A stretch of 64,000 bases of DNA from Candidatus Nitrospinota bacterium M3_3B_026 (GTDB taxonomy: Bacteria; Nitrospinota_A; UBA7883; JBPRGF01): NCBI GenBank assembly GCA_051418015.1, contig JBPRGF010000018.1:1-64000 (forward strand), written 5' to 3'. The notes below the pieces were generated by a model. The model saw nothing but the letters and a program-made list of their open reading frames with translations. It had not been told where the DNA came from and searched no databases. Of this stretch, positions 39,991 through 49,700 are shown piece after piece (position 1 is the stretch's first letter; every line of letters starts with the position of its first letter). The position numbers and the translations under genes were made by a program.

Positions 39991-40084
39991 AGTGGATTCC
40001 GTGAGATGAAGGAGGAATCATTTTTATGTCCAAACGAAGGAAGCAGTTAGTGTAATTCTTGTTCCACTAACACGGGCCTTTCCA
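39958..40084 (+). mobile_element. Internally deleted IS3-family-like remnant
   Basis: Left end GTGGACCCCGATGTTTGGACA; RBS plus ATG MSKRRKQ stub; right end TTCCACTAACACGGGCCTTTCCA. Confidence 0.5.
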
Positions 40085-40183
40085 TTTTCAAAGAAGCCGT
40101 TGTTTCAGGAGCCTGCTCGAGGTGGAAAGCTTTTAAGAGCGCGGCCCCAAGCGGCCGCACGATTTTGAGGAGGAGGAACCCGC

Positions 40184-40663
40184 ATGGCCAAGGAGTGGGG
40201 GACGATAACCGAAAACCTCAAAAAATTCGCCGAGGAGCAGAAGGTCTTCTATATCGCGTCGGCCTCGGGCGATGACGACGTGAACGTCTCCCCGAAAGGG
40301 GTGGCGCCGCTTCGCGTGGTGGACGAAAAGACGGTGATCTACCCCGACTACCACGGCTCCGGAAACCAGACCGCCAGGCACATTTCCGAGGGCGGCAAGG
40401 CGACGCTGCTTTTCAACTCCTACGGCGAAAAGCCGCTCATCCTGCGGTTCTACTGCAGGGGCCGCGTTGTGGCGAAAGGCGGCGAGGAGTTCGAAAAACT
40501 CTGCCGGGAGCATTACTCCGGCCTCGACCCTCAACAATTCCGCCAGCTCTTCGTCTTCGACGTCTACCGCGTGCAGACAAGCTGCGGCTATGGCGTGCCG
40601 ATGATGAAGTACGTCGGCGACAGGAGCGGCGCGCCGTATTTCAAGGAGCTGTACGGACAGTAG
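40184..40663 (+). CDS. Pyridoxamine 5'-phosphate oxidase-like protein
   Basis: VNVSPKG, DYHGSGNQT..H, VQTSCGYGVP. Confidence 0.88.
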   Translation: MAKEWGTITENLKKFAEEQKVFYIASASGDDDVNVSPKGVAPLRVVDEKTVIYPDYHGSGNQTARHISEGGKATLLFNSYGEKPLILRFYCRGRVVAKGGEEFEKLCREHYSGLDPQQFRQLFVFDVYRVQTSCGYGVPMMKYVGDRSGAPYFKELYGQ

Positions 40664-40678
40664 CGGTTCCGCCGCCTC

Positions 40679-41560
40679 TCAGCGCGGGGCCAGGACTCCG
40701 CTTTTGAGAAAATGTTCGCCGAAAGGATCGCTCCCCGCCGTGGCGATGTAATAGACGCGGTAAGAGCCGCCCGGCAGCTCTACCGCCGTGGGGTCAAGCG
40801 CGTTGCCGCCCCCGCTTTCTTCTATGACCGGGCTGGTCTCGACGCTCCAGGTCAGGCCGTCGTCCGATGTCCCCACGTAGATCTTCTGTGGGGGCTGGCC
40901 CGGCCCCGTGGCGAAAAGGCCGACCCAGCCACCATCCTCGGCTTTCAATATATATGGATCGACGAAGCCGCCGGTCGTTCTGTAGCCCGCCTCTTCGGTG
41001 AAGCTGACGCCGTCGGCCGCGACGGCGCTCTTTATGACCTCCAGCGACCCCGTCTCCGAGTCCACCCAAAAAATTCTGACCCTCCCGTCCGGCGCCATGA
41101 TCGTGTCCGGCACGCCCCAGGCCTGCGTTCCGGTGGTGTTTTTAATCCCCGTGGCCGCCTCCGGGGTGAAGGTCAGCCCGTCGGGCGACGTGGCGGTCAT
41201 GATCTCCTCCCCGCCGCCGACGTAATACATCCGCCAGGAGCCGCCGGGAAGCTCTATCAGGGTCGGGTCGGAGCCTTCCGGGGGCGAGGCGTCATTTCGC
41301 TGGAAGGACAGGCCGTCCGCCGCTGTGTAGACTCCCATCCCGCCGACGCCGGTGGTGTAGAGCCTGACGGAGCCGCCCGGCAACGTGACCGCCTCCGGCG
41401 ACACCACGTCCGTTATCCCGAAATCCACGTTGTCGGGGGTGAAAGTCCACGCCGACGCGCCACCGCCCCCGCCATTGTCCTGGGCCGCGCCGTTCCCTCC
41501 GCCTCCGCCGCAAGCGGCGGCGATAAGAATGAACAGCGGTAAAAGGTGTTTTGGTCTCAT
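40679..41560 (-). CDS. Lipoprotein with beta-propeller repeats (GH43/32-like)
   Basis: Lipobox AAAC; repeated DP....LPGG..R.YY and S.DGL(T/S)(F/W). Confidence 0.7.
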   Translation of the reverse strand: MRPKHLLPLFILIAAACGGGGGNGAAQDNGGGGGASAWTFTPDNVDFGITDVVSPEAVTLPGGSVRLYTTGVGGMGVYTAADGLSFQRNDASPPEGSDPTLIELPGGSWRMYYVGGGEEIMTATSPDGLTFTPEAATGIKNTTGTQAWGVPDTIMAPDGRVRIFWVDSETGSLEVIKSAVAADGVSFTEEAGYRTTGGFVDPYILKAEDGGWVGLFATGPGQPPQKIYVGTSDDGLTWSVETSPVIEESGGGNALDPTAVELPGGSYRVYYIATAGSDPFGEHFLKSGVLAPR

Positions 41561-41631
41561 GGCGCCCCTCCTTGTGTTCATAACTTCCATCAAACCCGCC
41601 CGGCTCCGAAAAAAGGCGGCGGCCCGCTCCC

Positions 41632-42273
41632 TCACCTTTTTACCGCCGCGCCCATGTACATCTGCCCCAGATTTTTTATCGTCCGGGGGACGAGCCAGAG
41701 CCCGTCGTCCATAAGGAACTTTTCGAGCCGGACGATCTCGAGCCCGCTGTCTTTAACGAGCTGTTCAATGTCCCGGTCGAGATGGCACCCGTCCCCGATT
41801 ATCTTCTGGATGGGGTTGAGCCGCCTCTGCCATCTGCGCGCCGCCTCATCATCGCTGCGCCCATGTTCGAGAAAGAAAAAGACCCCGCCCGGTTTGAGGA
41901 CGCGGCGCGCCTCCGAGAGGGCCTTCTCCACCTCCGGGATGCTGCACAGCGCGCAGGTCGTCACCACGCTGTCGAACGAGCCGTCCTCCATCGGCAGCGC
42001 CTCTCCGCTCATGGTGTGATACTCCACCTTCAAAGGCGAGGCGGCAATCCGCCTGCGGGCGATTTTCTCGACGCCTTCGTTGGAGTCCACGGCGACGAGG
42101 CTCTCCACCTCCACCGGATAACTCGGAAGGTTCAGCCCCGTGCCGAAACCGATCTCAAGGGCCCTGCCCCGGATGTCCGACAGGGCCGCCTGCCGCCATC
42201 CCCCCAGCGTCCGGCCGGACATGAAAACGTCCATCAGACGGGGGAATATCACCCTGGAATAGAACCCGCTCAT
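41632..42273 (-). CDS. Class I SAM-dependent methyltransferase
   Basis: LEIGFGTGLN, FDSVV, RVLKPGG. Confidence 0.9.
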   Translation of the reverse strand: MSGFYSRVIFPRLMDVFMSGRTLGGWRQAALSDIRGRALEIGFGTGLNLPSYPVEVESLVAVDSNEGVEKIARRRIAASPLKVEYHTMSGEALPMEDGSFDSVVTTCALCSIPEVEKALSEARRVLKPGGVFFFLEHGRSDDEAARRWQRRLNPIQKIIGDGCHLDRDIEQLVKDSGLEIVRLEKFLMDDGLWLVPRTIKNLGQMYMGAAVKR

Positions 42274-42301
42274 AACGTCTCAGTCGCCTCTTGGCTTTTT
42301 C

Positions 42302-42415
42302 CACTCTCCCCTCCCCTGGAGGGAGGGTTTTTGAGGTTGAGGCCCGAAACCCAAACGCGCCCACGAAAGTCAGCAAATCTCCCCTTCCCCGGCGTGAGGG
42401 GATTAAGGGGAGGGG
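42302..42415. repeat. CCCCTCCCC/GGGAGGG palindromic REP-like element (second family)
   Basis: CTCCCCTCCCCTGGAGGGAGGG and CTCCCCTTCCCCGGCGTGAGGGGATTAAGGGGAGGGGG. Confidence 0.5.
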
Positions 42416-42502
42416 GTATAGTAAATTCATACACCCCCGCCTTTATCCTTGGCGAGAAGGAGGGCGACATTTGTGAAACAGCCGTTCAGGCCTCCGCGGC
42501 GG

Positions 42503-42820
42503 CTACAGGGTCCGCAGGTACTCCACGATGGCCCCCAGTTGTTTCGGGTCGCACGCGCCGGTGGGGGGGCAGTTGTGCGCGGCCCTTTCCATCAGCTGGT
42601 CGTGGGTGTATTTTTTGCCAACTCCCTTGAACGAAGGGCCCATGCCCCCCTCCGCGCCGGTCGGTCCGTGGCATTTGAAGCATTTGAACTTCGCCGACTG
42701 GTAGAGCTCCTTGCCCTTCGCCGCTTTCGATGACATGTTCGACGACGCCCCTGCCGCGGCGGCGAGGAAAACGGCGGCGAGGATGGTAAACGTGACCGAA
42801 AGAGCTTTTGTCCTTGTCAT
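42503..42820 (-). CDS. Periplasmic monoheme cytochrome c
   Basis: Signal peptide; GKELY...CFKCHG..GPS. Confidence 0.85.
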   Translation of the reverse strand: MTRTKALSVTFTILAAVFLAAAAGASSNMSSKAAKGKELYQSAKFKCFKCHGPTGAEGGMGPSFKGVGKKYTHDQLMERAAHNCPPTGACDPKQLGAIVEYLRTL

Positions 42821-42948
42821 GCCGACTCCTGAATTATAAGTTTCAAGCTCATCCCGCGCGCCCCCGGCGCGCCCTTGCAAAGCCGTTTTACCATGATTAT
42901 GCTAGCATACCGTTCTGGAAGCCGCGAAAAGAGAGAAAGAGGGAGAAA

Positions 42949-43428
42949 ATGGGCGCGCTGGACGATTTCCTCGAAAAACAAGGGGTGGTGACCGGGCATC
43001 TGGCCGCGGCGGCGGAACAGATTCCCGAGGAGAAGGCCGCGTGGGCGCCGTGCGAAAAATGCCTGCCGTGGCTCTATCTCATCCATCACACCAGCATCCA
43101 CAGGGCGCTTTTCCTGAAGATTTTCAAGGGTGAGCCATACGACTTCCCCGGCTGCTACACTGCCCCTGAGAACCAGGCGAAAAACCCGAAAGAGGCCGCG
43201 CAGGTAATCACAAGCTCCTGGGAGGAGTTCAGGGCCTACCTCGAATCCCAACCGGAGGATTTCGTGGGAAGGGAGTTCGACCCGCCCTGGGGCGGACCGG
43301 GGATCACCGTGGAGAACATGCTCTGGTGGATGCATGAGGAGAGCGTCCACCACAGGGGCCAGGCGTGGATGTACGCCAGGATGAACGGGATCACCCCGCC
43401 GCCGATATGGGGCACAGAGGAGGCCTGA
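42949..43428 (+). CDS. DinB-family protein
   Basis: IPEEKAAWAP, LIHH, HHRGQ...YARMNGITPP. Confidence 0.85.
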   Translation: MGALDDFLEKQGVVTGHLAAAAEQIPEEKAAWAPCEKCLPWLYLIHHTSIHRALFLKIFKGEPYDFPGCYTAPENQAKNPKEAAQVITSSWEEFRAYLESQPEDFVGREFDPPWGGPGITVENMLWWMHEESVHHRGQAWMYARMNGITPPPIWGTEEA

Positions 43429-43454
43429 CAGGTTGTCAAAAAACTATTTCCAAT

Positions 43455-43545
43455 TGTCATCCTGAGCGAAGCGAAAAATCCCGTTGCCCTCTCGGTAATG
43501 AGAGTCTTTGCCTTCGGCCCAGGGGGGGGCGGGCTCAGCATGAGA
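43455..43545. repeat. REP-like palindrome, copy C
   Basis: TGTCATCCTGAGCGAAGCGAA...GCTCAGCATGAGA. Confidence 0.7.
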
Positions 43546-43627
43546 TACTAAATAAACGGCGCCGTCCCGAGGCGGGAGCCGAAAGGTTTTGAGTTTCGCC
43601 GGGCAGGGCCGGCAAAAGGATGGCGGT

Positions 43628-44239
43628 ATGGCGGAAAGGCTGATATTCATCCGGCACGGCGTTACCGGGCTGAACCTCCAGAAAAGGTTCATCGGCGCCA
43701 CGGACGCCCCCCTGGCCCCCGAGGGCGAGCGCCAGGCCGAAAGGCTGGCCGCGCCGCTGGGCAGGATCGGGCCGGACAGGATACTCTCAAGCCCCATGAG
43801 ACGAGCCGTCGCCACCGCCGAGATCGCCTCCGAAGGGCTGGGGCTGGAGATCGAGATAGACGAAAACCTCAGGGAGATAGACTTCGGCGAGTGGGAAGGG
43901 CTCACTTTCGAGCGGATCGAGGCGAAATACGGCGAGGCGGCCAGACGCTGGACGAAGTGGGAGGAGGATTTCGAGTTTCCCGGCGGCGAGCGGATCGGGG
44001 ACTTTTTTGAGAGGGTGAGAAGAGTCCGCCGCAGGCTGGAGGCCGATCCCGCGGAAAACCTGGCCGTTTTCACCCACAGCGGCCTGATCCGCGTCCTGCT
44101 ATGCTTTCTTTTCGATATACCGGCGAGCAATTTTTTCTCTTTTCGCATAGCGCCGGGCTCGATCACGGTGGTGGAGATGGGCGGGGGCCATGCCTCCCTC
44201 GCCGCCATGTGGCGGCCGGGCGATTACGGATCGGCTTAA
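43628..44239 (+). CDS. cobC: Alpha-ribazole phosphatase (histidine phosphatase)
   Basis: RHG, EIDFGEWEG, TH; cob gene context. Confidence 0.8.
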   Translation: MAERLIFIRHGVTGLNLQKRFIGATDAPLAPEGERQAERLAAPLGRIGPDRILSSPMRRAVATAEIASEGLGLEIEIDENLREIDFGEWEGLTFERIEAKYGEAARRWTKWEEDFEFPGGERIGDFFERVRRVRRRLEADPAENLAVFTHSGLIRVLLCFLFDIPASNFFSFRIAPGSITVVEMGGGHASLAAMWRPGDYGSA

Positions 44240-44240
44240 G

Positions 44241-44777
44241 ATGGGCGGGATAATCCTTGTCACCGGCGGGGCGCGGAGCGGCAAGAGCGCCCACGCGCTC
44301 AGGATCGCCGAGAGGACGCCTCCTCCCCGCGCTTATGTCGCCACCTGCCCTCCCCTGGACGACGAGATGGAAAAAAGGATAGAGGCCCACCGCCGGGCCA
44401 GGGAGGGGCTGGGGTACAAAACGATCGAGGAATGGCTGGACATCCCCGGCGCCCTGGCCAGGGCGGAAGGCGCCAGCGCCGCCGTCGTGGACTGCCTGAC
44501 GCTGTGGGTCGGCAACATGATGATGAACGCGGAGAAGGAAGACGCCGTCTTCACCGAAGAGGAGGCCGCCCGCGCCGCCGGGGAGGCCGCCCGCGCCTGC
44601 CGGGCCGCCGGGTTCCCCGTGATCCTCGTCACGAACGAGGTCGGGATGGGCGTCATCCCCGCAAGCGAGCAGGCCCGGAGGTTCGTGGACGCGGCGGGGA
44701 GGGTGAACCAGGTGATGGCGGCCGCGGCGGACGAGGTCTGGCTCGTGGCAAGCGGTATCCCGATGCGCCTGAAATGA
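44241..44777 (+). CDS. cobU: Adenosylcobinamide kinase / guanylyltransferase
   Basis: TGGARSGKS, DCLTLW, NEVGMG. Confidence 0.95.
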   Translation: MGGIILVTGGARSGKSAHALRIAERTPPPRAYVATCPPLDDEMEKRIEAHRRAREGLGYKTIEEWLDIPGALARAEGASAAVVDCLTLWVGNMMMNAEKEDAVFTEEEAARAAGEAARACRAAGFPVILVTNEVGMGVIPASEQARRFVDAAGRVNQVMAAAADEVWLVASGIPMRLK

Positions 44778-44846
44778 AATTTTTCGAGTTTATGGGGGTG
44801 CATAAACGGCCCGCGCCGTCTCGCCCCGATGGAGGTCTTTCTTGAA

Positions 44847-45593
44847 ATGAAAGATTTTCAGGCCGCCCTCGCCTTTCTCACCATCATCCCAGCGTTGCGG
44901 CGCGGGGACTCGGGCGGGGAGCGGCTCGCCGCCGCCGTTTTCTACTTTCCCGTTGTCGGGCTTGTCATAGGCCTTGCCGCCGCGGGGCTGGATTTTCTTT
45001 TTACGCAGGTTCTGCCTTCCGGCCCCGCCGCCGCGCTCACCGTGGCCGTTATGGCGGCCGTCTCCGGCGGTCTGCACATGGACGGGCTTTCGGACACGGC
45101 GGACGGCTTCATGAGCGGCGCGGGAAGGCGGGAAAGGATTCTGGAGATCATGTCCGACAGCCGCGCCGGGCCGATGGGCGTCCTGGCCGTCGTTCTCGCC
45201 GTCGCCTTGAAGGTGACGGCGCTGGGGGCCATCGAGGGCGCCGCGAGGTGGCAGGCGGTGGCCCTCGCGCCCCTTGCGGGAAGGTGTCTTGTGGCGTTCG
45301 CCATGTCGGCCCTTCCCTACGTGAAGAAAGAGGGCCTGGGAGCCGCCTTCCGGCAGGCGGGAACGCCCCTGAACGCCGCCTGGGCTGTTCTCTTTTTCAT
45401 TCTGGCGGCGGCCGCGCTGGGCGGGTGGATGGGCGCCGCCGTCCTCGCGGCCTGCGCCACCTCGGTGTGCGCTCTTTGTCTTCTGTCTCTGCGGACGATA
45501 GGCGGGATGACAGGCGACGTCTACGGCGCGGTGTGCGAAACCGCGGAGACCGCCGCCCTCCTCGCCGCCGCGGCCTGGGTATACGGCGGATGA
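44847..45593 (+). CDS. cobS: Adenosylcobinamide-GDP ribazoletransferase
   Basis: FLT.IP, GGLHMDGLSDTADG, GGMTGDVYGA. Confidence 0.95.
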   Translation: MKDFQAALAFLTIIPALRRGDSGGERLAAAVFYFPVVGLVIGLAAAGLDFLFTQVLPSGPAAALTVAVMAAVSGGLHMDGLSDTADGFMSGAGRRERILEIMSDSRAGPMGVLAVVLAVALKVTALGAIEGAARWQAVALAPLAGRCLVAFAMSALPYVKKEGLGAAFRQAGTPLNAAWAVLFFILAAAALGGWMGAAVLAACATSVCALCLLSLRTIGGMTGDVYGAVCETAETAALLAAAAWVYGG

Positions 45594-45671
45594 CCCGGAG
45601 CGTTCGCGTCTTCGTCTGTGCGGGGTTGTGTTGTAGAATGGTTTGAACCTGGTATAAACAGACGGCGCGGG

Positions 45672-45899
45672 ATGGAAGAAAAACAGCTCAAGTTTCTGAT
45701 CTACGTGATAACCGCCGGAGTGGGGGCCACCGTCATCACGATGTTCGCCTGGGGCCCTGCCGCCCGGTTCATGGACAGGATCCAGCCGGACCCGGAAAAG
45801 CGGTTCAAGATCGTCTTTCTGATCGGTCTGGCCCTGTTCGTGATCGTCGGGGTCGCCATGTCCATCGGCATAATGCTCAAACTGCTCGGTGTGGTGTGA
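45672..45899 (+). CDS. Small two-TM membrane protein
   Basis: Two hydrophobic helices; stop overlaps the lipA start. Confidence 0.6.
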   Translation: MEEKQLKFLIYVITAGVGATVITMFAWGPAARFMDRIQPDPEKRFKIVFLIGLALFVIVGVAMSIGIMLKLLGVV

Positions 45900-46777
45900 T
45901 AAAGCCCGAATGGCTGCGCAAGCCGCGGGCCCCTTTCATGGAGACCGCCGCCACGAGGGCGGCGCTGCGCGGCGGCGTGAACACGGTATGCGCCGAGGCG
46001 CGCTGTCCGAACATGGGGGAGTGCTACTCCGCCGGGACGGCGACGTTCATGATACTCGGCGCCGTCTGCTCGCGCCGGTGCGGGTTCTGCGCCGTGGATG
46101 GAGGAAGACCAGGGGAGGTGGACGCCGCCGAGCCTGGGCGGGTGGCCGCCGCCGCGGCGAGGCTGGGCCTTGCGCACGTGGTCATCACCTCCGTCACCCG
46201 TGACGACCTGCCCGACGGCGGCGCGTCCGTGTTCGCAAAAACCATCGCCGCCCTCCGCGAAAAGCTCCCCACCGCCGCGGTGGAGGTATTGACGCCGGAT
46301 TTCCGGGGCCGCGAGGATGCCATTCTGGCGGTGGCGGACACCGGGCCGGACGTATATAACCACAACGTGGAGACGGTCCCCGCCCTCTATGGCAGGGTCC
46401 GGCCGGGGGCGGATTACGCCGGTTCTCTCCGCCTTCTGCGGCTTGTGAAGGAGCGCGCGCCCTCGATGGCCACCAAGAGCGGGATCATGCTCGGCCTGGG
46501 GGAGACGATGGGGCAGGTCGCGGAGGTGATGGCGGACCTGAGAGGCGCGGGCTGTGACATTCTCACCATAGGCCAGTACCTGCGCCCGACGCTCGCGAGC
46601 CTGCCGGTGGCGGAATACGTCCCCCCGGCGATTTTCGAGCAGCTTGAAAGGCAGGGGCGCGATATGGGGTTCAGGCGCGTCTTCGCGGGCCCCTTCGTCC
46701 GCTCCTCCTATCACGCCGCGGAGGTATTCGCCGGTTCGCGGATGGAAGGCGCGCGGCCCGGCCCTACTCCAGCTTGA
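45896..46777 (+). CDS. lipA: Lipoyl synthase
   Basis: CAEARCPNMGEC, CSRRCGFC, VRSSYHA. Confidence 0.96.
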   Translation: MIKPEWLRKPRAPFMETAATRAALRGGVNTVCAEARCPNMGECYSAGTATFMILGAVCSRRCGFCAVDGGRPGEVDAAEPGRVAAAAARLGLAHVVITSVTRDDLPDGGASVFAKTIAALREKLPTAAVEVLTPDFRGREDAILAVADTGPDVYNHNVETVPALYGRVRPGADYAGSLRLLRLVKERAPSMATKSGIMLGLGETMGQVAEVMADLRGAGCDILTIGQYLRPTLASLPVAEYVPPAIFEQLERQGRDMGFRRVFAGPFVRSSYHAAEVFAGSRMEGARPGPTPA

Positions 46778-49700
46778 CGCTTTCCGCTCCCAGCAGCCCC
46801 TCCAGCTCACAGACAAGCCCGTCATCGGCGCGGACGCCGACGTTCCTGGCTCTCAGGACCACCAGCCCCTTGCCGGGGATGGACATGTTCAGGTACACAG
46901 GGCAGGAGCCGGAGTGCTTTTCGAGGATGGATTTCAGCTCCATGAGCGTCTCTTTTTCCAGGCCGGGGGTGGACATGCTGACGCGCACGGAGTTAGTGAA
47001 CTCCGCCCGGGCCTGTGGGAAGGTCATGATCTCCTGGGCGATCACCTTCGCCCCCTTCTCCTCGTCCACGTCCGCCGTCCCCTTGATGAAGACCGGCTCG
47101 TCGCCCTCCAGAAGCTCCACGCTCTTGGCGTAGACGTCCGGCCATACGAGAGCCTCCGCCACGCCGCTCAAGTCCTCCAGGGTCAGGTAGGCCATGGTGT
47201 CGCCTTTTCTTGTGATCTGCGTCCTTTTGGCGATGACCACGCCGCCCATCCTGACCTCGCCCTTGTGGGGGGCCTTGGAGAGCCCGCCGGTGTCGTAGGT
47301 GGCGAGAAGTTTCAAGTCCTTGGCGTATTCCGTCAAGGGGTGGCCGGAGATGTAGAATCCCAGCGCTTCTTTTTCGTAAGCGAGCCGTTGTTTTTCCGGC
47401 CATTCCGGGGTGTCCTTTATTTTCACGCCGCCCGCGGCCGCCTCGTCCCCGCCGGAGGAGCCGAAGAGGGCCGCCTGGCCGATCTCCTTGTCCCTTTGCG
47501 TCTTCTGGGCCAGGGACATGGTCTCTTCGATAGACTCGAAGAGGGCGGCGCGGGTGTGGCCCAGGGAGTCGAAGGCCCCGCATTTTATCAGCGCCTCCAC
47601 CACCCGGCGGTTTATCGCCTGCGCCGGCGTCTCCTCCATGAAGTTCAAAAGGGAGGTGAACCGCCCCAGCCGCCTCCTCGTCTCGATGATAGCGTTCACG
47701 GTGGATGCCCCCACCCCCTTCACGGCGGCCAGGCCGAACCTTATCCCGTCTTTCGCCACGGTGAAGTCCCGCATGGACTCGTTGACATCCGGCGGCAGGG
47801 CCTCTATCCCCATCTCCCGCAGCTCCTGGATGCAGCGCAGGACCTTGTCGGAGTTGTCCATGTCCGAGGTTATGAGCGCGGCCATGTATTCTTTCGGGTA
47901 GTGGGCCTTCAGGTAAGCCGTCTGGTAGGCCACGAGGGCGTAGCAGGCGGAGTGGGACTTGTTGAACCCGTATTCGCCGAACTGCTCCAGCTTGCCCCAG
48001 AGCTCTTTGACTTTCTCCGCGTCGTGGCCCTTTTGCGCCGCGCCTTCGATGAATTGCTCGCGGACCTCGGCCATGATGTTCATGTTTTTTTTGCCCATGG
48101 CCTTGCGCAGCGTGTCCGCCTGGCCCAGGGAGAAGCCGGCCAGGACGTTGGCGATCTTCATCACCTGTTCCTGGTAGACGGTGACGCCGTAGGTCTCGCC
48201 CAGGATCGGCTCCAGCTCGGGGAACTCAAGCTCCACCTTCTCGTGGCCGTGCTTGCGGCGGACGTACTGGTCGGCCATGCCGGAGTTTATGGGGCCGGGC
48301 CTGTAGAGGGCGACGAGGGCGATTATGTCGCGGAAACCGGTCGGTTTCATCTTTCTTATCAGGTCGCGCATCCCCGTCGACTCCAGCTGGAACACCCCGA
48401 AAGTCCTGGCGGCGCGGAGAAGCTCGAAGGTCTTCGCGTCGTCCGGGAGGATGCTTTCGATGTCGAACGCCGGGTCGTGGGAGGCTTTTATCTGCTTTGC
48501 GGTGTTGTCTATCACCGTCAAGGTGCGAAGCCCCAGAAAATCCATCTTCAAAAGCCCCAGGCTTTCGATATCCTTCATCTGGTACTGGGTGGAGACCTCC
48601 CCGTTTTCCCCCGGCGGCTTGAAAAGCGGCATGAAGCTTGTCAGCGGCTCCGGGCTTATGACAACGCCCGCGGCGTGGGTGGAGGCGTGGCGGGCCGTGC
48701 CCTCGAGCCTTTTTGATATGTCCAGCAGCTTTTCGATCTGGGGGTTTTCCTCCTTGAGTTTTTTGAGCCGGGGCTCCTGCTCCACGGCCTTGTCCACGGT
48801 CATCTTCAGGTCGTGGGGGATGAGCTTGGCTATCTTGTCGGCCTGGGCGTAGGGGATGTCCATGACCCGGGCCACGTCGCGGACGACGGCCCGGGCCTTC
48901 ATCGTGCCGAAGGTTATGATCTGCGCCACGTGGCTCTGGCCGCCGTATTTTTCGCGGACGTAGTCTATGATCTCCCCGCGCCTGTCCATGCAGAAGTCTA
49001 TGTCTATATCCGGCATGGAGACTCGCTCCGGGTTCAGGAAACGCTCGAAGATGAGGCCGTACTTCATCGGGTCCAGGTTGGTTATCTTGAGGGCGTAGGC
49101 CACCATGGAGCCCGCCGCCGAGCCCCTGCCGGGCCCCACGGGTATCCCCTTGTCCCTGGCGTGGCGGATGAAATCCCAGGTGATGAGAAAATAGCCGGGG
49201 AAGCCCATCTTGTTTATTATCTCAAGCTCCGAGCGCAGCCTCTTCATGTACTCGGCCTTCCTCTCCGCTTCGATGGGTTTCCCCGTCTTTTCCGCCTGGA
49301 TGAAGCGCAGCTCCAGCCCGTGGGAGGCCATCTCCTCCAGATGCATGTCGATCGTGGTGTCGGCGGGGATGGGGAAGCTGGGCAGGTGATATTCCCCCTC
49401 CTCGAAGGTGAAGTTCAGCTCCTCGGCCACCTTCAGGGTGTTCTTTATCGCCTCCGGGACCTCGGCGAAAAGCGCCGCCATCTCCTCGGCCGATTTCACG
49501 TAAAACTGATCGCCCGGGTAGCGGAGCCTGTTCTCGTCCCTCAAAAGCTTCCCGGAGCCGATGCAAAGAAGCGCGTCGTGGGCCTCGGCGTCCTCGCGGT
49601 TGAGGTAGTGGGCGTCGTTGGTGGCGACGAGGGGCAGGTCCATCTTCCTGGCGAAGGGGAGCATGAGCCTGTTGACCTTTTTCTGCTCCTCCATGCCGTG

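Noticed and set aside
43430..43627. Cobalamin riboswitch upstream of cobC
   Set aside because: No B12-box; the structure is explained by the REP-like element.
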